Part shown: piece after piece, positions 26,401 to 38,461 of the stretch
Layout of the letters: each line of letters starts with the position of its first letter
How positions within the stretch are numbered: the first letter of the stretch is position 1
The notes under the pieces: model-generated
Seen by the model: the letters and a program-made list of their open reading frames with translations, nothing else
Databases searched by the model: none
Told to the model about the DNA's origin: nothing
Assembly (NCBI RefSeq): GCF_009914755.1
Contig: NC_060932.1
Strand: one strand, 5' to 3'
Length of the DNA: 64,000 nt
From: the human T2T-CHM13v2.0 reference genome, Homo sapiens
Program-made: the position numbers and the translations under genes

Positions 26401-29400
26401 TGGGAGGCCTTCAGCTTCCCCCTCGGCCTGGCTGCTTCATTTCCGTGGCTGCTTCAAAGTCCCCTTTCAAGCCTAACTTGCTGTCCCTTTTCTCCCGTGG
26501 CCTTCTTGCCACTTTGGGGTTCCCTTCGTGTGCGAGACACACACCCTGGATGCAAGGCAGGGACTCCACGACCACCCCGGGCCCAGCATAGGGGCTGCTG
26601 GGAACGCCTGGGCCTCCGTGTAAGGCCTTCAGGTTCTCCCATGGCCTGGCTGCTTTATTTCCTTGGCTGCCTCAACATCCCCTTTCAACCCTAATGTGCT
26701 GTCCCCTTTTCCCAGGGGCCTTCTTGAGAGTTTGTGGTGCCCCCCGGTGTGCGAGACACGCACCCTTGGTGCAAGCCAGAGACTCCATGATCACTCCAGA
26801 CCTGGCGCAGGGGCTGCCGAAAAGGCCTAAGCAACTGTGGGAGGCCTTCAGGGTCCCCCTCAGCCTGGCCGTTTCATTTCTCTGGCTGCCCCAATGTCTT
26901 GTTTCAAGCCTGAGGTGCTCTTCCCTTCCCCTGGGGACCTTCTTGCCACTTTGGGGTGCCCACTGTGTGCGAGCCACGCACCCTGGGTGCAAGACAGGGA
27001 CTCCCAACACCCTTCAGGGTGCGGTGCAGGGTCTGCCAGGAATGCCTGAGCCTCTATGGGATGCCTTCAGTGTCCCCTTCGAACTTGCCACATTTTTTCC
27101 CTGGCTGCCTCAACGTCCATTTTCAAGCCTGATGTGCTGTCCTTTTTCCCCGGGGGCCTTCTTGCCAGTTTGTGATGCCACCCCTCTGTGAGGCAGGAAC
27201 GCTTGGTACAAGCCAGGGACTCCACGACCCCATCAGGCTCACCAAAGGGGCTGCCGGGAAGGCCCGGACTTCTTCTGTTGCAGGCCTTCAGCATCCCTTT
27301 CGGCCTCAACGCTTTTTTTCCCTGGCTGCTTCAAGGTCCCCCTTAAAGCCTGACGTCCTTTCTCCTTCTCTTGGGGGCCTTCTTCCACTTTGGGGTGCCC
27401 CCCGTGTGTGAGACACGCACTGTGGATGGGGGCCAGGGATACCACGAACACCCGGGCTGATGCAGAGGCTGCCAGGAAGGCCCGGGAGTCCGTGGGAGGC
27501 CTTCAGCATCCCCCTCAGGCTGGCCACTTTATTTTCCTGGCAGCTTCAAGGTCTCATTTAAAGCCTGACATTCTGTTGCCTTCCCTTGGGGGCCTTCTTG
27601 CTGCTTTGGGATGCCCCTGTGTGTGAGACAAACAACCTGGGTGCAAGGGAGGGACTTTACGAATCCCCCGGGCCTGAAGCAGAGGTTACCAGGAAGGTCT
27701 GGGTGTCCGTGGGAGGCCTTCAGCCTCCCCCTCTGCCTGCCCACTTTATTTCCCTGGCTGCCTTGATGTCCACTTTCAAGTCTGACATGCTGTCCCTGTT
27801 CCCTGGTAGCCTTCTTTCTGCTTTGGGATGCCCCACTGTGTGCAAGACGTGCACTTTTGGTGCAAGGCAGAGACTCCACCATCCCCCCAGACTCCACTCA
27901 GAGGCTGCCAGGAAGGCCCAGGCCTCTGTAAGAGGGCTTCAGCGTCCCCCTTGGCCTGGCCGCTTTTTTTCTCTGGTTGACTCAATGCCCCCTTTCAAGC
28001 CTTATGCACTGTCCCCTTCCCCTGGTGGCCTTGCCTGTTTGGGGTCCCCTTCGTGTGCAAGACATGCACCACTGGTGCAAGCCACGGACTCCACGACCCT
28101 ATCAGACCAGGCTCAGGGGTTGCCAGGAAGGCCCTGGCCTCAGTGGGATGCCTTCAGCATCCCCCTCGGCCTGGTGGCTTTATTTCCCTGGCTGCGTCAA
28201 CATCCTGTTTCAAGCCTGATGTGCTGTCCTCTTCCCACAGGGGCTTTCTTGATGCTTTGGGGTGCCCCATGTGTGTGAGACACATACCCTTGCTGCAAGC
28301 CAGGGACAGCACAAACCCTCCGGGCCCAGCCCAGGGGCTGCCGGGAAGATCTGGGCCTCCGTGGGAGGCCTTCAGGGTCCCCTTTGGCCTCAGAACATTT
28401 TTTCCCTGGGTGCCTCATGGTACCCTTTAAAGCATGACGTCATGTCCCCTTCTTTTAGGGGCCTTCTTGCCACTTTGGGGTGACTCTGTGTGTGAGGCAC
28501 GCACCCTGAGTGCAAGCCAGGGACTCCATCAATGCCACGGGCCTGGCACAGAGGCTGTAGGAAAGGCCGGGGCCTCTGTGGGAGGCCTTCAGCGTCCACC
28601 TTGGGCTGGCTGCTTTATTTCCCTGGCTACCTCAATGTCCCCTTTCAAGCCTGATGTGTTGTCCCCTTCCTCTGGTGGCCTTCTTGCCAGTTTGCTATGT
28701 GCCACCTGAGTGAGACACACACCCTTGTGGCAAGCCAGGGGCTCCACGACCACCCCAGACCATGGGCAAGGGCTGCTGGGAAGGCCTAGGCCTTTGCGGG
28801 ATGAATTCTGCATCCCCCTTGTCCTGGCAGCTTTATTTCACTGGCTGCCTCAATGTCCCCTTTAAAGCTGGACATGCTGTCCCCTTCCCCTGCAGGACTT
28901 CTTGCCACTTTAGTGTACCCCCGTGGGTGAGACACGCATCCTGGGTGCAAGCCAGGGACTCCACGACCACTCCAGGCCTGGCGCAGGGGCTTCCGGGAAG
29001 GCCCAAGTCACTGCTGGGGGCCTTCGGTGTCCACCTGGGCCTGGCCACTCCTTTAACCTAGCTGTCTCAACCTCTCCTTTCAAGCCTGACATAATGTCCC
29101 CTTTCCCTGGGGGCCTTCTTGCCAGTTTGTGGTGCTCTCCGTGTAAGAGACAGGCACTCGTGGTGCAAACCAGGGATGCACCGACCCCCCTGACCCAGCA
29201 CAGGGGCTGCCGGGAAGGCTCGGGCTCCGTGGGACTACTTCAGCATCCCACTTGGCCTGGATGCTTTATTTTCCTGGCTGCCTCAAGGTCCCCTTTCAAC
29301 CCAGACGTCCTGTCTCCATCCCCCAGGGGCCTTCTTGCTGCTTTGGGGTGCCTCCCTTTAGTGAGACATGCACACTGGGTGCAAGCCATGGACTCCACGA

Positions 29401-30339
29401 CCCCTCCGGGCCCGGTGCAGGTGCTGCCTGGAAGGCCCAGGCCTCCGTAGGAGGCTTTCAGTGTCCCTTTTGGCCTGGCCGCTTTTTTTCCCTGGCTGCC
29501 TCAAGGCCTCCTTTAAAACCTGAAGTCCTCTCCTTTTCCCTTGGAGACCTTCTTGCCATTTTGGTATGCCCCTCCCCACCCCGTGTGTGAGACACGCACC
29601 CTGGGTGCAAGCCAGGGACTCCACGACCCCTCTGGGCCCTACGCAGAGGCTGTTGGGAAGGCCCGGGCATCAGTGGGAAGTCTTCAGGGTCCTGCTCGGC
29701 CTGGCCACTTTATTTCCCTGCCTGCCTCCCTGTCCGTTGTCAAGACTGATGTGCTGTCTCCTTTCCTCGGGGGCTTTCTTGCCACTTTGGGATGCCCCTG
29801 TGTGAGAGACATGCAGGCTTAGTGAAAGCGAGAGTCTCCATGACCCTCCTGGGCCTGGCGCAGGGGCTGCTGGGACGGCCCGGTCCTCAATAAGTGGGCT
29901 TCAACATCCCAGTTGGCATGGCTTTTTTCCTCTGGCTGACTCAACGTCCCCTTTCAAGCCTTATGTGCTGTTCCCTTCCCCTGGTGGCTTTGACAGTTTG
30001 TGGTGCCACCCCCTGTGTGCGAGGAAAGCACCCTTGGTGCAGGCCAGGGACTCCACGACCCTCCCGGGCCAGATGCAGGGGCTGCAGGGAAGCCCTGGGT
30101 CTCCGCATGAGGCCTTCAGCGTCCCCCTCGGCTTGGCCGCTTTTTTTACCTGGATGCCTCAACATCCCCTTTCCAGCCAGACGTACTGTCCCTTTCCCCT
30201 GGGAGCCTTCTTGCCACTTTGGGTTGGCAAGGAGACTTGCCCCCTGTGGGTGAGTCTCACACCCTCGGTACAAGCCAGAGACTCCATCATGCATTCAGCT
30301 TCCGCCCATTTTTATGTTAAAAGCAGGGCACTTTGCTTC

Positions 30340-31740
30340 TGCACATCAACGGAATCATTATCATACTCAGATCACTTGGACTGGGGTATGCAGTACTTCA
30401 GCATTGTCTCACCTTTCATATTACTAGAGAAGGCTTTCTCACCATGTTTTGTTCACAGTCTCCACCCGCCAGTTGCCCCTCATTGTTTCTGAGAGCCACA
30501 CATGGATGCCTCGGGAAGAAATTGTTCTGCCTTACAACCAAACCCTGCAGCAAATGTTGAATGCTTTCTATTAGGGTGGTTACCTTGTGCTCATGCACTC
30601 ACTGCCAACGTCCCTCCATTTACCCACCTTTCTCTCAAGGCCACAGTCCTCCCCAAGACCTACACACCAAGGTGGTAGGCATGAGCTTACCAAAGTCGCT
30701 CCTGCATCTTGTGCACACTTTGCAGAGTGGAGCATGGCACAGATGTGCACTCGACAGATGAGGTGGCATTTCTTACCATCTGGGATTGGCCTGCTTCACT
30801 CAAACGCCTCGCCCACCCAGCGACCTCTTCAGGACGTACTCACAAACACAGCGGTGGCGGCTGTAGGAGAGGGCAGTTGTCGTTGGCACAACACACCATC
30901 TTTTATTCTCAGGCACGTGAGGGACAATCTGGAGCACTGCTGGATCACCACAAAGGCCTCTGCGGTGCCAACACTCATGCATCCCAGAAAGGGCAGCATG
31001 GTGTTTTTTAAGGATAGTCCACCATGGCCACAGAGAGGTGCCATGGCCACCCCCAAGGCAACAACCACAGGAAGCCAGAACAGAGGTGCCTGCTCTGTCA
31101 GAGGACCCCACAAATTTCCTCAAAGCCACGAGGCACCAGGTGTGAGTGCAGTGAAGTCATGCCAAATTCCATGCCTCATGCCTCCCAACACACCACCCAC
31201 AAGCGGGGAGGAGAGACGAGGAGCCTCACGAGTAGAAAGAGAAGAACAGACCCATTCATCATGAATTTCCATCCCTTGCTGCTCGCTGCTTAGTACCCGC
31301 CCAGGAGAGCATGACATCATCACATCAATTGTGAAAAGCCCCATAGCGGGGCAGTGGTTGAGTCGGGGTCAGTCCTGGCTAAGCTGATGAGCATAACAGC
31401 CTAGCCAGCCTCACTCTGGGATAGGGACAGCAAACAATTCACAGAAGAGAATGTCTGACGTGCACAGCACAGAGCCAACAGGGGGTTGTTTTGGCTATCC
31501 CGCGCAGCTGCAGCATGGAGCACGTGGGTCAAGGGAGCCCACTCCGCTTTCCCCACCAGGGTGGAAGTTCCAGAGACCTGGGGCACCACCAACAGTTATA
31601 ACACTAGCATGCGTCAGAGCAGGCGCACAGGTCCCAACAGTCAGCTCAAGCTGGAGCAGTGCCTGTTAGCTGGGTTACCAGTATACCACAGCTTCACACC
31701 CATCTAAAGACCCACTCTAATAGCCGGACACCATGTTGAC
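30340..31740 (-). pseudogene. Partial 5' external transcribed spacer of 45S pre-rRNA (about the first 1.7 kb in human numbering), truncated at the gamma satellite
   Basis: Minus-strand matches to recalled human 5'ETS: GGGGCTTTTCACAATTGATGTGATGATGTCATGCTCTCCTGG (~31300-31342; A'/01 site region, human GGGGCTCTTCGTGATCGATGTGGTGACGTCGTGCTCTCCCGGG), GGGGTCCTCTGAC (~31098-31110), CGAGGCGTTTGAGTG (~30797-30811) and GGTGAGAAAGCCTTCTCTAG (~30424-30443; A0 site region). Confidence 0.88.
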
Positions 31741-31900
31741 AACAACCTGGTGGCCCAAAATGCCACCCCGGAGTGAAAGATATACCTCGCCTGGAGGCAG
31801 GTTGTCAAGTCACCGACCACGCCACTGGCCTATAAATGCGCGACCTGGACATCTGTTCCCAAAAATGCCATAATGGCAGTCAGACACGGAACACTCAGGG
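31722..31900 (-). promoter_or_regulatory. RNA polymerase I rDNA gene-promoter homologue (core plus upstream control element), +1 at ~31740
   Basis: Minus strand reads ...GGCATTTTTGGGAACAGATGTCC...GGCGTGGTCGGTGAC...GAGGTATATCTTTCACTCCGGGGTGGCATTTTGGGCCACCAGGTTGTT|GTCAACATGGTGTCC, versus recalled human GAGGTATATCTTTCGCTCCGAGTCGGCATTTTGGGCCGCCGGGTTATT|GCTGACACGCTGTCC. Confidence 0.92.
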
Positions 31901-31904
31901 CCCT

Positions 31905-31915
31905 CTGGTCGACCC
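31905..31915 (-). terminator. T0 promoter-proximal Sal box (TTF1 site), perfect GGGTCGACCAG
   Basis: ctggtcgaccc on the plus strand is GGGTCGACCAG on the minus strand, at about -165 to -175 from +1, the canonical T0 position. Confidence 0.9.
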
Positions 31916-32373
31916 CAGGACACAAGTCGGAGCAGCAGATGATGAGGGACTCCGTCCTGGCCACCCATGAAACACAGGGCCTGGCCTCTGTCTCCAGAGC
32001 AAGACTCAGAATCATTTTCAGCCAACCCCTCGCATGACCAGATCACACGAGGGACCAAAGCCTGGCCAGATGCCACCTCTGAAACCACATGCACATTCAG
32101 GGGCTGCTCTCCGACTCCGCATGGGGACTTGGAAAAAAAGATTAGAGCAGGGGGACTGGGGCCGGGCCAGGGGACTGCTCCTCAGTAACCAGAGGACAGT
32201 GCAGGATGGTCCCCAACTCCCCGCGGGGACCTGGAAAATAATTCGCCAGATGCCTTAGACTGCCAGGACCAGCATGGGCTTGCAACTGGGCTGGGATTGG
32301 CGTCCGTGGCCACCCACACCATGCCCAATAGGTCGCCATGGGTCTCGGCTTGGGCTTTGGGAGTTGCGGCACT

Positions 32374-32385
32374 CTGGTCGACCAG
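32374..32385 (-). terminator. Spacer-terminator-type Sal box (Tsp homologue)
   Basis: ctggtcgaccag (palindromic; TGGTCGACCAG is 10/11 to the Sal box), ~640 bp upstream of +1, in a context matching the recalled human GCCGGTCGACCAG region. Confidence 0.78.
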
Positions 32386-32559
32386 CCAGGGTAGCCCCAC
32401 ACTACCCTTGGGCATGGAGGCACGGCTACAGCCTCCCCACACAAAGCCCTGCATGCTCAAGCTCTGACTCCCAGATGGCGTTGCTAGAGCTCTGGCGAGA
32501 CTGGGACAGCCCCGTTGATGGCCACAGGCTTTCTGGAGCTATGCCTAAGTCACAGCAGG

Positions 32560-32700
32560 ATGGTTTTTTTCCCTTGGCAGCTGCCACTGGAGCTCCGGAA
32601 GCCAAGAGAACTATATAAAAGCAGCCGCCAGATGGAGCCAGACAGCCGTCGACAACCGTCGCGAACATCAGCAAAGCAGATCCGGATGGCGTGGCAGCCT
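32560..32700 (-). promoter_or_regulatory. rDNA spacer-promoter region homologue with CTCF motif
   Basis: Minus strand CGGCTGTCTGGCTCCATCTGGCGGCTGCTTTTATATAGTTCTCTTGGCTTCCGGAGCTCCAGTGGCAGCTGCC matches the recalled human IGS about 0.8-0.9 kb upstream of +1. CTCF-type motif gccgccagatggag at 32624-32637. Confidence 0.72.
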
Positions 32701-32974
32701 GTGACCGCAATACCCAAACCGTGAGTCGAAGTCTTCTTGAGGCCGAAAACGCAGCCCCTCCACGCCAACTTCACAGAAACCGTTCCCCAAAAGTGTCTCT
32801 GCATAGACTGCGACAGAATCAAAAGACAACCAATGGCGTGTGGGTGTTTGAAGATGCATCTCAGAAGGAGAAAGAAGAAACAGGACTTGGTCGTGGGTCG
32901 GTTAGGGCACAGGGAAAAACAGAGTAAGGAGAGTCTTCCAGAACCCAAACAAGTCTCCAGTCTTCCAGAATCCA

Positions 32975-33303
32975 ACAGAGGAAGGGAGGGAGAAAGGGAA
33001 TAGAGAAAAGGGACAGACCGAGGAAGGGAAGTAGGAAGGGAAGTGAGCAGCGAGGGAGGGAGGGAGTAAGGAAGTGGGAAAGAGAGACAGAATATTAAAA
33101 ATCTAGAGAAATAAATATAAAGAAAGAGAGAAAGAGACATAGAAAGGGAAGAAAGATGAAAGAGATAAAGAATAAGGAAAGAATTGAAGGAAAGCAGGGA
33201 GGAAAAAACAGAGCAAGGAAAGAAAAAAGAAAAAGAAAAAAGGACAGAAAGAAAGGAAGAAAGAAAGAGACAGAAATAAAAAAGAAGAGAAAAGAACAAA
33301 GAA
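32975..33303 (+). repeat. Polypurine (GA-rich) low-complexity tract typical of rDNA IGS
   Basis: ~330 bp almost entirely G/A (CT-rich on the rDNA sense strand). Confidence 0.9.
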
Positions 33304-33585
33304 GGCAGGGCATGGTGACTCACATGTATAATCCCAACACTTTGCAGGGTTATGTAGGAGAATCACCTGAGCCCAGCTCTGGCAACATAGCGAGACTCTG
33401 TCTCTACTTAAAGAAAAAAAGAAAAGAAAAAAAAGTTGGCAGGACGCGATGACATGTAGTCACAGCTCCTCAAGAGGCTGAGATAAGAGCTTCTCTTGGA
33501 CTCGGGAGGTCAAGGCTGCCATGAGCCATGGTCAGGCCAATGCACTGCAGCCCGGGTGACAGAGCGAGACTCCACCTCAAAAACT
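33304..33585 (+). mobile_element. Old Alu (AluJ-like)
   Basis: Dimeric Alu with J-type motifs (caacatagcgagac, ggaggtcaaggctgc); highly diverged. Confidence 0.82.
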
Positions 33586-33684
33586 TGAACAAATGAAGGC
33601 TGTGAGTCCCGCAAGAAAAAGATATAAAGGAAACAAAGAAGGAAGTTGAGTTCTGAAAGGAAAACTATTTTTAAAAGAAACAAT

Positions 33685-33975
33685 GGCCAGGCCCGGTGGC
33701 TCTCGACTGTAATCCCAGCAATGTGGGAGACCAAGGCAAGCGGATCACCAGGTCAGGTGTTCAAGACCAGCCTGACATATATGGTAAAACCGTGTCTCTA
33801 ATAAAAATACAAAAATTAGCTGGGAGTGGTGGTGTGTGCCTGTAGTCCCAGCTAACCTGGGGGGTGCGAGGCAGAAGAATCACTTGAACCCAGGAGGCGG
33901 AGGTTGCTGTGAGTCAAGATTGTGCAACCGCACTCCAGCCTGGGTGACAGGGTGAGACTCCATCTCAAAAAAAAG
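33685..33975 (+). mobile_element. AluS-family element, tail continuing as a GA-rich tract to ~34260
   Basis: ggccaggcccggtggctc ... aaaaatacaaaaattagc ... gagactccatctcaaaa. Confidence 0.9.
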
Positions 33976-34954
33976 AGAAAAAGGAAAAAGAAGGGGGAAG
34001 AGAGAAATATGGAAAGAGATACTAAAAAAACAGAAAGAAAGGGAAAGAAAGGGAAAATAAAAAAAAGAAAGAAGAAAAAGAAAGAAAGACAGAAGAAAGA
34101 AAGAAAAAGAAAGAAAGAAGGAAAAAGAAGGAAGGAAGGAGAAAGAAAGAAAGAGAAAGAGAGACAAAGACAGAGTCAGAACTGGAGAAAGATATTAGGA
34201 AGACAGAAATGAAAGGAGAAAGATAGAAAGATTAAAAAAAAGAAAAAGAAAACAAAACTCTAAAAGGATAGTAAGGCCCAGGGAGGGGCTATGGTGCACT
34301 TTCCACTTTACCAACATGCGGGCCAGGGAAAGAAAAATATTAAACATAATACATAACGGTAAAAAGTGACTATGGCGGCCCAGCCAGGGTGGTTGAGTTT
34401 CCCTAGGGAGGGAGGGAGAGAGGAAGAGGGAAGTTGCTCGAGTTGAAGGAGAGAATCCGTGGCTAGGGGGAGGGGACAGAAAGAGGAGGGGAAAGGGACA
34501 GAGGCACAGTAGTATACACTGGAATGTTTTTTAGCCTGGGGTGGGTGGGGGGACACGAAGGGCAATTCAGGAAATAAGCTGACTCCAGAAATGACACTTA
34601 ATTCATAGTGCTGCCATCGCTGCCTTGAAAGGTGTGCAGTGCATGTTTGTTCCTCCACACTCATTCGGTTATTTCTAGGAAATGCCATTTAGTCCCACAT
34701 GCTTGAAATCCACCTGCTTTAACAACATCTGGGGAGAATCAGAAAAGTCCCCACTAACGAAAAGGCCTAGAGTTGAGCTGCCATCTGTAAAACCCAGGCA
34801 GAAGAGTCCACGCGGGTCAAACACATGAAGAAAGAAAAGGAACCAACTGAAGAAAAAAAAAAATCACCAACATGGCCCAGCCGGAATCTCCAGAAGTTTT
34901 CTGCTCAATGAGGGAGTGGGGGAACGGATGGATGGAGGTAGGGCGAACCTCCGA

Positions 34955-34982
34955 GGGTGGGGGCGGGGGCGGGGGTGGGGGG
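34955..34982 (+). other. G-quadruplex-forming / GC-box tract
   Basis: gggtgggggcgggggcgggggtgggggg: five runs of 3 or more G with 1-nt loops. Confidence 0.75.
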
Positions 34983-35293
34983 AGCGGAAAGAAGCCACAC
35001 TTGCTCCTGACCATGGGCAGGCAGCCAGAGCATCCTGTGCACCGCCTAGATTTCAAAACCAGTGACGGCTAGAAGACGCCCAATGACAACAGATGGAAGG
35101 GTCAGCCTGGCACCCTCCCAGAAGCTCCCAGCAACTAATTGACCAGAACTCTGCAGGGGAAGAAGCACTGTGACGGGAAAACATGGAGAAACACACGCAC
35201 CTAAGCACGTACGCATGCATGCACCATATCCCACATATAGATGAGTTTATACCGTGACAGTGAGAGAGCCCACCTCTAGAAACGAAAGAAGGA

Positions 35294-35600
35294 GGCTGGG
35301 CGCCGCAGCCCACGCCTGTCACCCCAGCACTTTGGGAGGCCGAGGCAGGCAGATCACCTGAGGTCAGGAGTTCCAAACCAGCTTGGTCAACATGGTGAAA
35401 CCCTGTCTTTAAGAAAAATACAAAAATTAGCTGGGCTTGGTGCTGGGCTCCTGTAATCCCAGTTCTTTGGGAGGAAGAGGCACTAGAATCACTTGAACTC
35501 CAAAGGTGGAAGTTGCAGTGAGCCGAGATCTCACCACTGCACTCCAGCCTGGGCAACAGAAAAAGACTCCATCTAAAAAAAAAAGAAAAGAAAAGAAAAG
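35294..35600 (+). mobile_element. AluSx/Sq-like element
   Basis: Full dimer containing gatcacctgaggtcaggagtt, with an A-rich tail. Confidence 0.9.
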
Positions 35601-35602
35601 TC

Positions 35603-35817
35603 AATCGCTTCTGTCTTTAGATGAATGCACTCACGCATAGACAGATAGCTTTAAGCTTTGTAAACTTTTGTAATTTTGAGTCGGTCTGGCGATATTTCCA
35701 AGCCTTCTCCCCGTAAGTGGTCACAGAAATGAAAACTCCCTCCTTTTTTAGTTCATTTGCATCTCATTATCAGGCCACGAGAATAAGCAGCCCACCCTCT
35801 GTTTGGTCCGGGAACAA
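35603..35817 (+). mobile_element. 3' fragment of a MER4-group (ERV1) LTR
   Basis: Ends gagaataagcagcccaccctctgtttggtccgggaaca, resembling the recalled MER4 LTR 3' terminus. Confidence 0.62.
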
Positions 35818-35820
35818 ATA

Positions 35821-36110
35821 CACTCCAGCCAGGAGACATAGGGAGAGCTTGTCTCAGAAAAGAAACAAGAAAACAATAAAAAAAAAGAAGGAAAATAATT
35901 AGCCTGGCATTGTGCTGTGTTGCGGGTCGCGCCCGTGACTATAGACCCAGCAACTCGGGAGACTGATGTAGAGGAGAATCAATTTAAGCCCAGCAGTTCA
36001 AGGTCGCAGTGAGCTATGATCTTACCTCTGCACTCCAGCCTAGGCAACACAGGGACACCCCATCTCTAAAATATACATGAAAGAATGAATAAATGAATGC
36101 AAATAAAATG
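35821..36110 (+). mobile_element. Diverged AluJ-like element (partial)
   Basis: aattagcctggc ... gttcaaggtcgcagtgagctatgatc ... ctgcactccagcctaggcaacacag, then an A-rich tail. Confidence 0.75.
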
Positions 36111-36537
36111 CAAGGAGGTGGAAGAGCATGGGAAGGCTCTACTCTTTCCTAAAGACCAGAGCAGAAAAACAGGACCATCCATTTGAGACATAGGCGATTC
36201 CAAATCACAGTGGAGGCTGTGAGGATTTTGGAGCAAGGCCTTGCCGTTATCTGCAGATTACCAGCTTTCTTTCGAGCGACAGAGCTCTCTCAGCTAGCCT
36301 CTGGCTGTTAGTAGAAACCAAATGCCCAATCGTGGGGCCTGGAAGTTACCATGTGAGCTGAGCCACTCCTCACACACATAAGTGGGTGTGCACGGCAGCA
36401 CTCTAGTGTGACATGGAAGTGCAGTGGACCTGATCAAGTCCGAACAGATCCTGAAGCACAAGTAAGTTCCAGGAGAAAGAAGCCCAAATGCCCATGGTCC
36501 CCAGTCAAGAAATGAGCTGACTTAAGAAATTACACAT

Positions 36538-36940
36538 AGCTGGGCACAGTGCCTCACGCCTATAATTTCAGCACTTTGGTAGGCTGAGACGGGTGGATCA
36601 CTTGGGGTCAGGAGTTCGAGACCAGCCCAGCAACCACAGTGAAACCCTGCCTCTATGAAAAATACAAAAATTAGCCAAGGGTGGTGGAATGTGCCAATAG
36701 TCCCAGCTACTCAGAGGTTGAGGAAGGAAAATCGCTTGAACCTGGGTGGTGTAGGTTGCAGTAAGCGACGAGCAGTGTGCTCCAGCCTGGGTAACACTTC
36801 AAAACTCTGTCTCAAAACAAACAAAAATTACAGTAAATTAAAAAAAAAGAAAGTACACGTAAAAATTACACATAGCTGGGCACAGTGGCTTACATCTGTA
36901 ATCTCAGCACTTTGGGAGGCTGAGAAGGGTGAGTCACTTT
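36538..36940 (+). mobile_element. AluS element (36538-~36850) followed by a ~65-bp Alu 5' fragment
   Basis: Both Alu starts are preceded by the same flank: aaattacacata|gctgggcacagtg. Confidence 0.82.
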
Positions 36941-37056
36941 GTGGTATCATTGCCATTACTGCCTCCACTACTGCCTTGAAAGGACAGAGGCATATGTTTA
37001 TGTCACTTTGTGTTTTTTTTTCTTTTTTCCTGGAAACTCACTTATATATTTATTCA

Positions 37057-37690
<634 letters not shown>

Positions 37691-38461
37691 TATTTATTTT
37701 TTTTAACTGATCAAAGAACCATCAGACCCAGTCATCAGGGTGGCAATTCCCTGGGCAACAAGGGAAGGAGGAACTTGGAGGTGTGGGAGGGGGTTGGGCA
37801 CGGTGCAGAAGACATAGTTGCCCTGGGCTGTGCACAGGTGCCATGAGCTTTCTTCCTCCTTGAGGCCTCAGGTTTCAGAGTAACAGTGGCCTCTTAGTGA
37901 CGCCTGACATATGCCAATGAGACTGTCAGCCAGGAATGAATTGGGATCACCCAGAGGGGGAGAGGGCAGGGGAAGGATGGAGGCCCCCACAGCACAGTGG
38001 GTCGCTGCACCCTCCCAGGTGGTTCCCACAACTAATCGACCAGGGCCCCTGGAAGACACAGCCTAAGTCCTCACCCATTTGTCATCTGGAAATTCCATCC
38101 AGAGACCGACTGAAAATTCTCTCAGTCAAGGTCCAAACCTAAAAGAATCAATGACACACCCAACAGGACTAAGACAACTTTTAAAAGAATCATTTCTGTG
38201 TTTTGGGTGCATCTGTGTATTTATTTCTGTACAACAAAATTATTTATTTTAAACTTTACAATTTTTTTACTTCTTACATGTATAGTCCCATGATAGACAG
38301 ACCAGAAGACTCGTCAGCTCAGAGTCCATGAGGCCAGAAGCTGACATCCTCAATTTCTATTTAGAATAAATTTAAACAAGCCAGCCAAACACCCTGCCAT
38401 AAAATTCCTGGAAGGACTAGTGATTAAAAAAAGGAAAAAACAAAAACAAAAACAAAACAAT

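Larger units (their letters stand above)
13511..30287. repeat. Gamma-satellite array (GSAT/GSATII-like), ~210-220-bp GC-rich monomers, roughly 65-70 units, interrupted by two LTRs
   Basis: The motif ccctgggtgcaagccagggactcca/gatgcca recurs at ~13886, 14110, 14330, 14545, 14761, 14970, 15181, 15401, 15622, 15831 and onward (period ~210-220). Other recurring motifs: gctgcctcaa..cccctttcaagcctgac and gggccttcttgccactttggggtgccc. Period, composition and position next to alpha satellite fit gamma satellite. Confidence 0.88.

Noticed and set aside
13465-30492. Dense overlapping ORFs (up to 242 aa) in all six frames
   Set aside because: Stop-poor GC-rich gamma-satellite translations that repeat the same pseudo-motifs (WVQARD, PFKPD) every ~72 codons; no gene structure.
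32340-32430. miR-6724-like hairpin (annotated at the homologous human IGS position, from memory)
   Set aside because: The mature/seed sequence is not conserved here; only the Sal-box core is.
30587-33452. 225-aa and 257-aa ORFs and neighbouring K/R/E-rich or F/L/S-rich ORFs
   Set aside because: Antisense to decayed 5'ETS, or translations of polypurine/polypyrimidine tracts.
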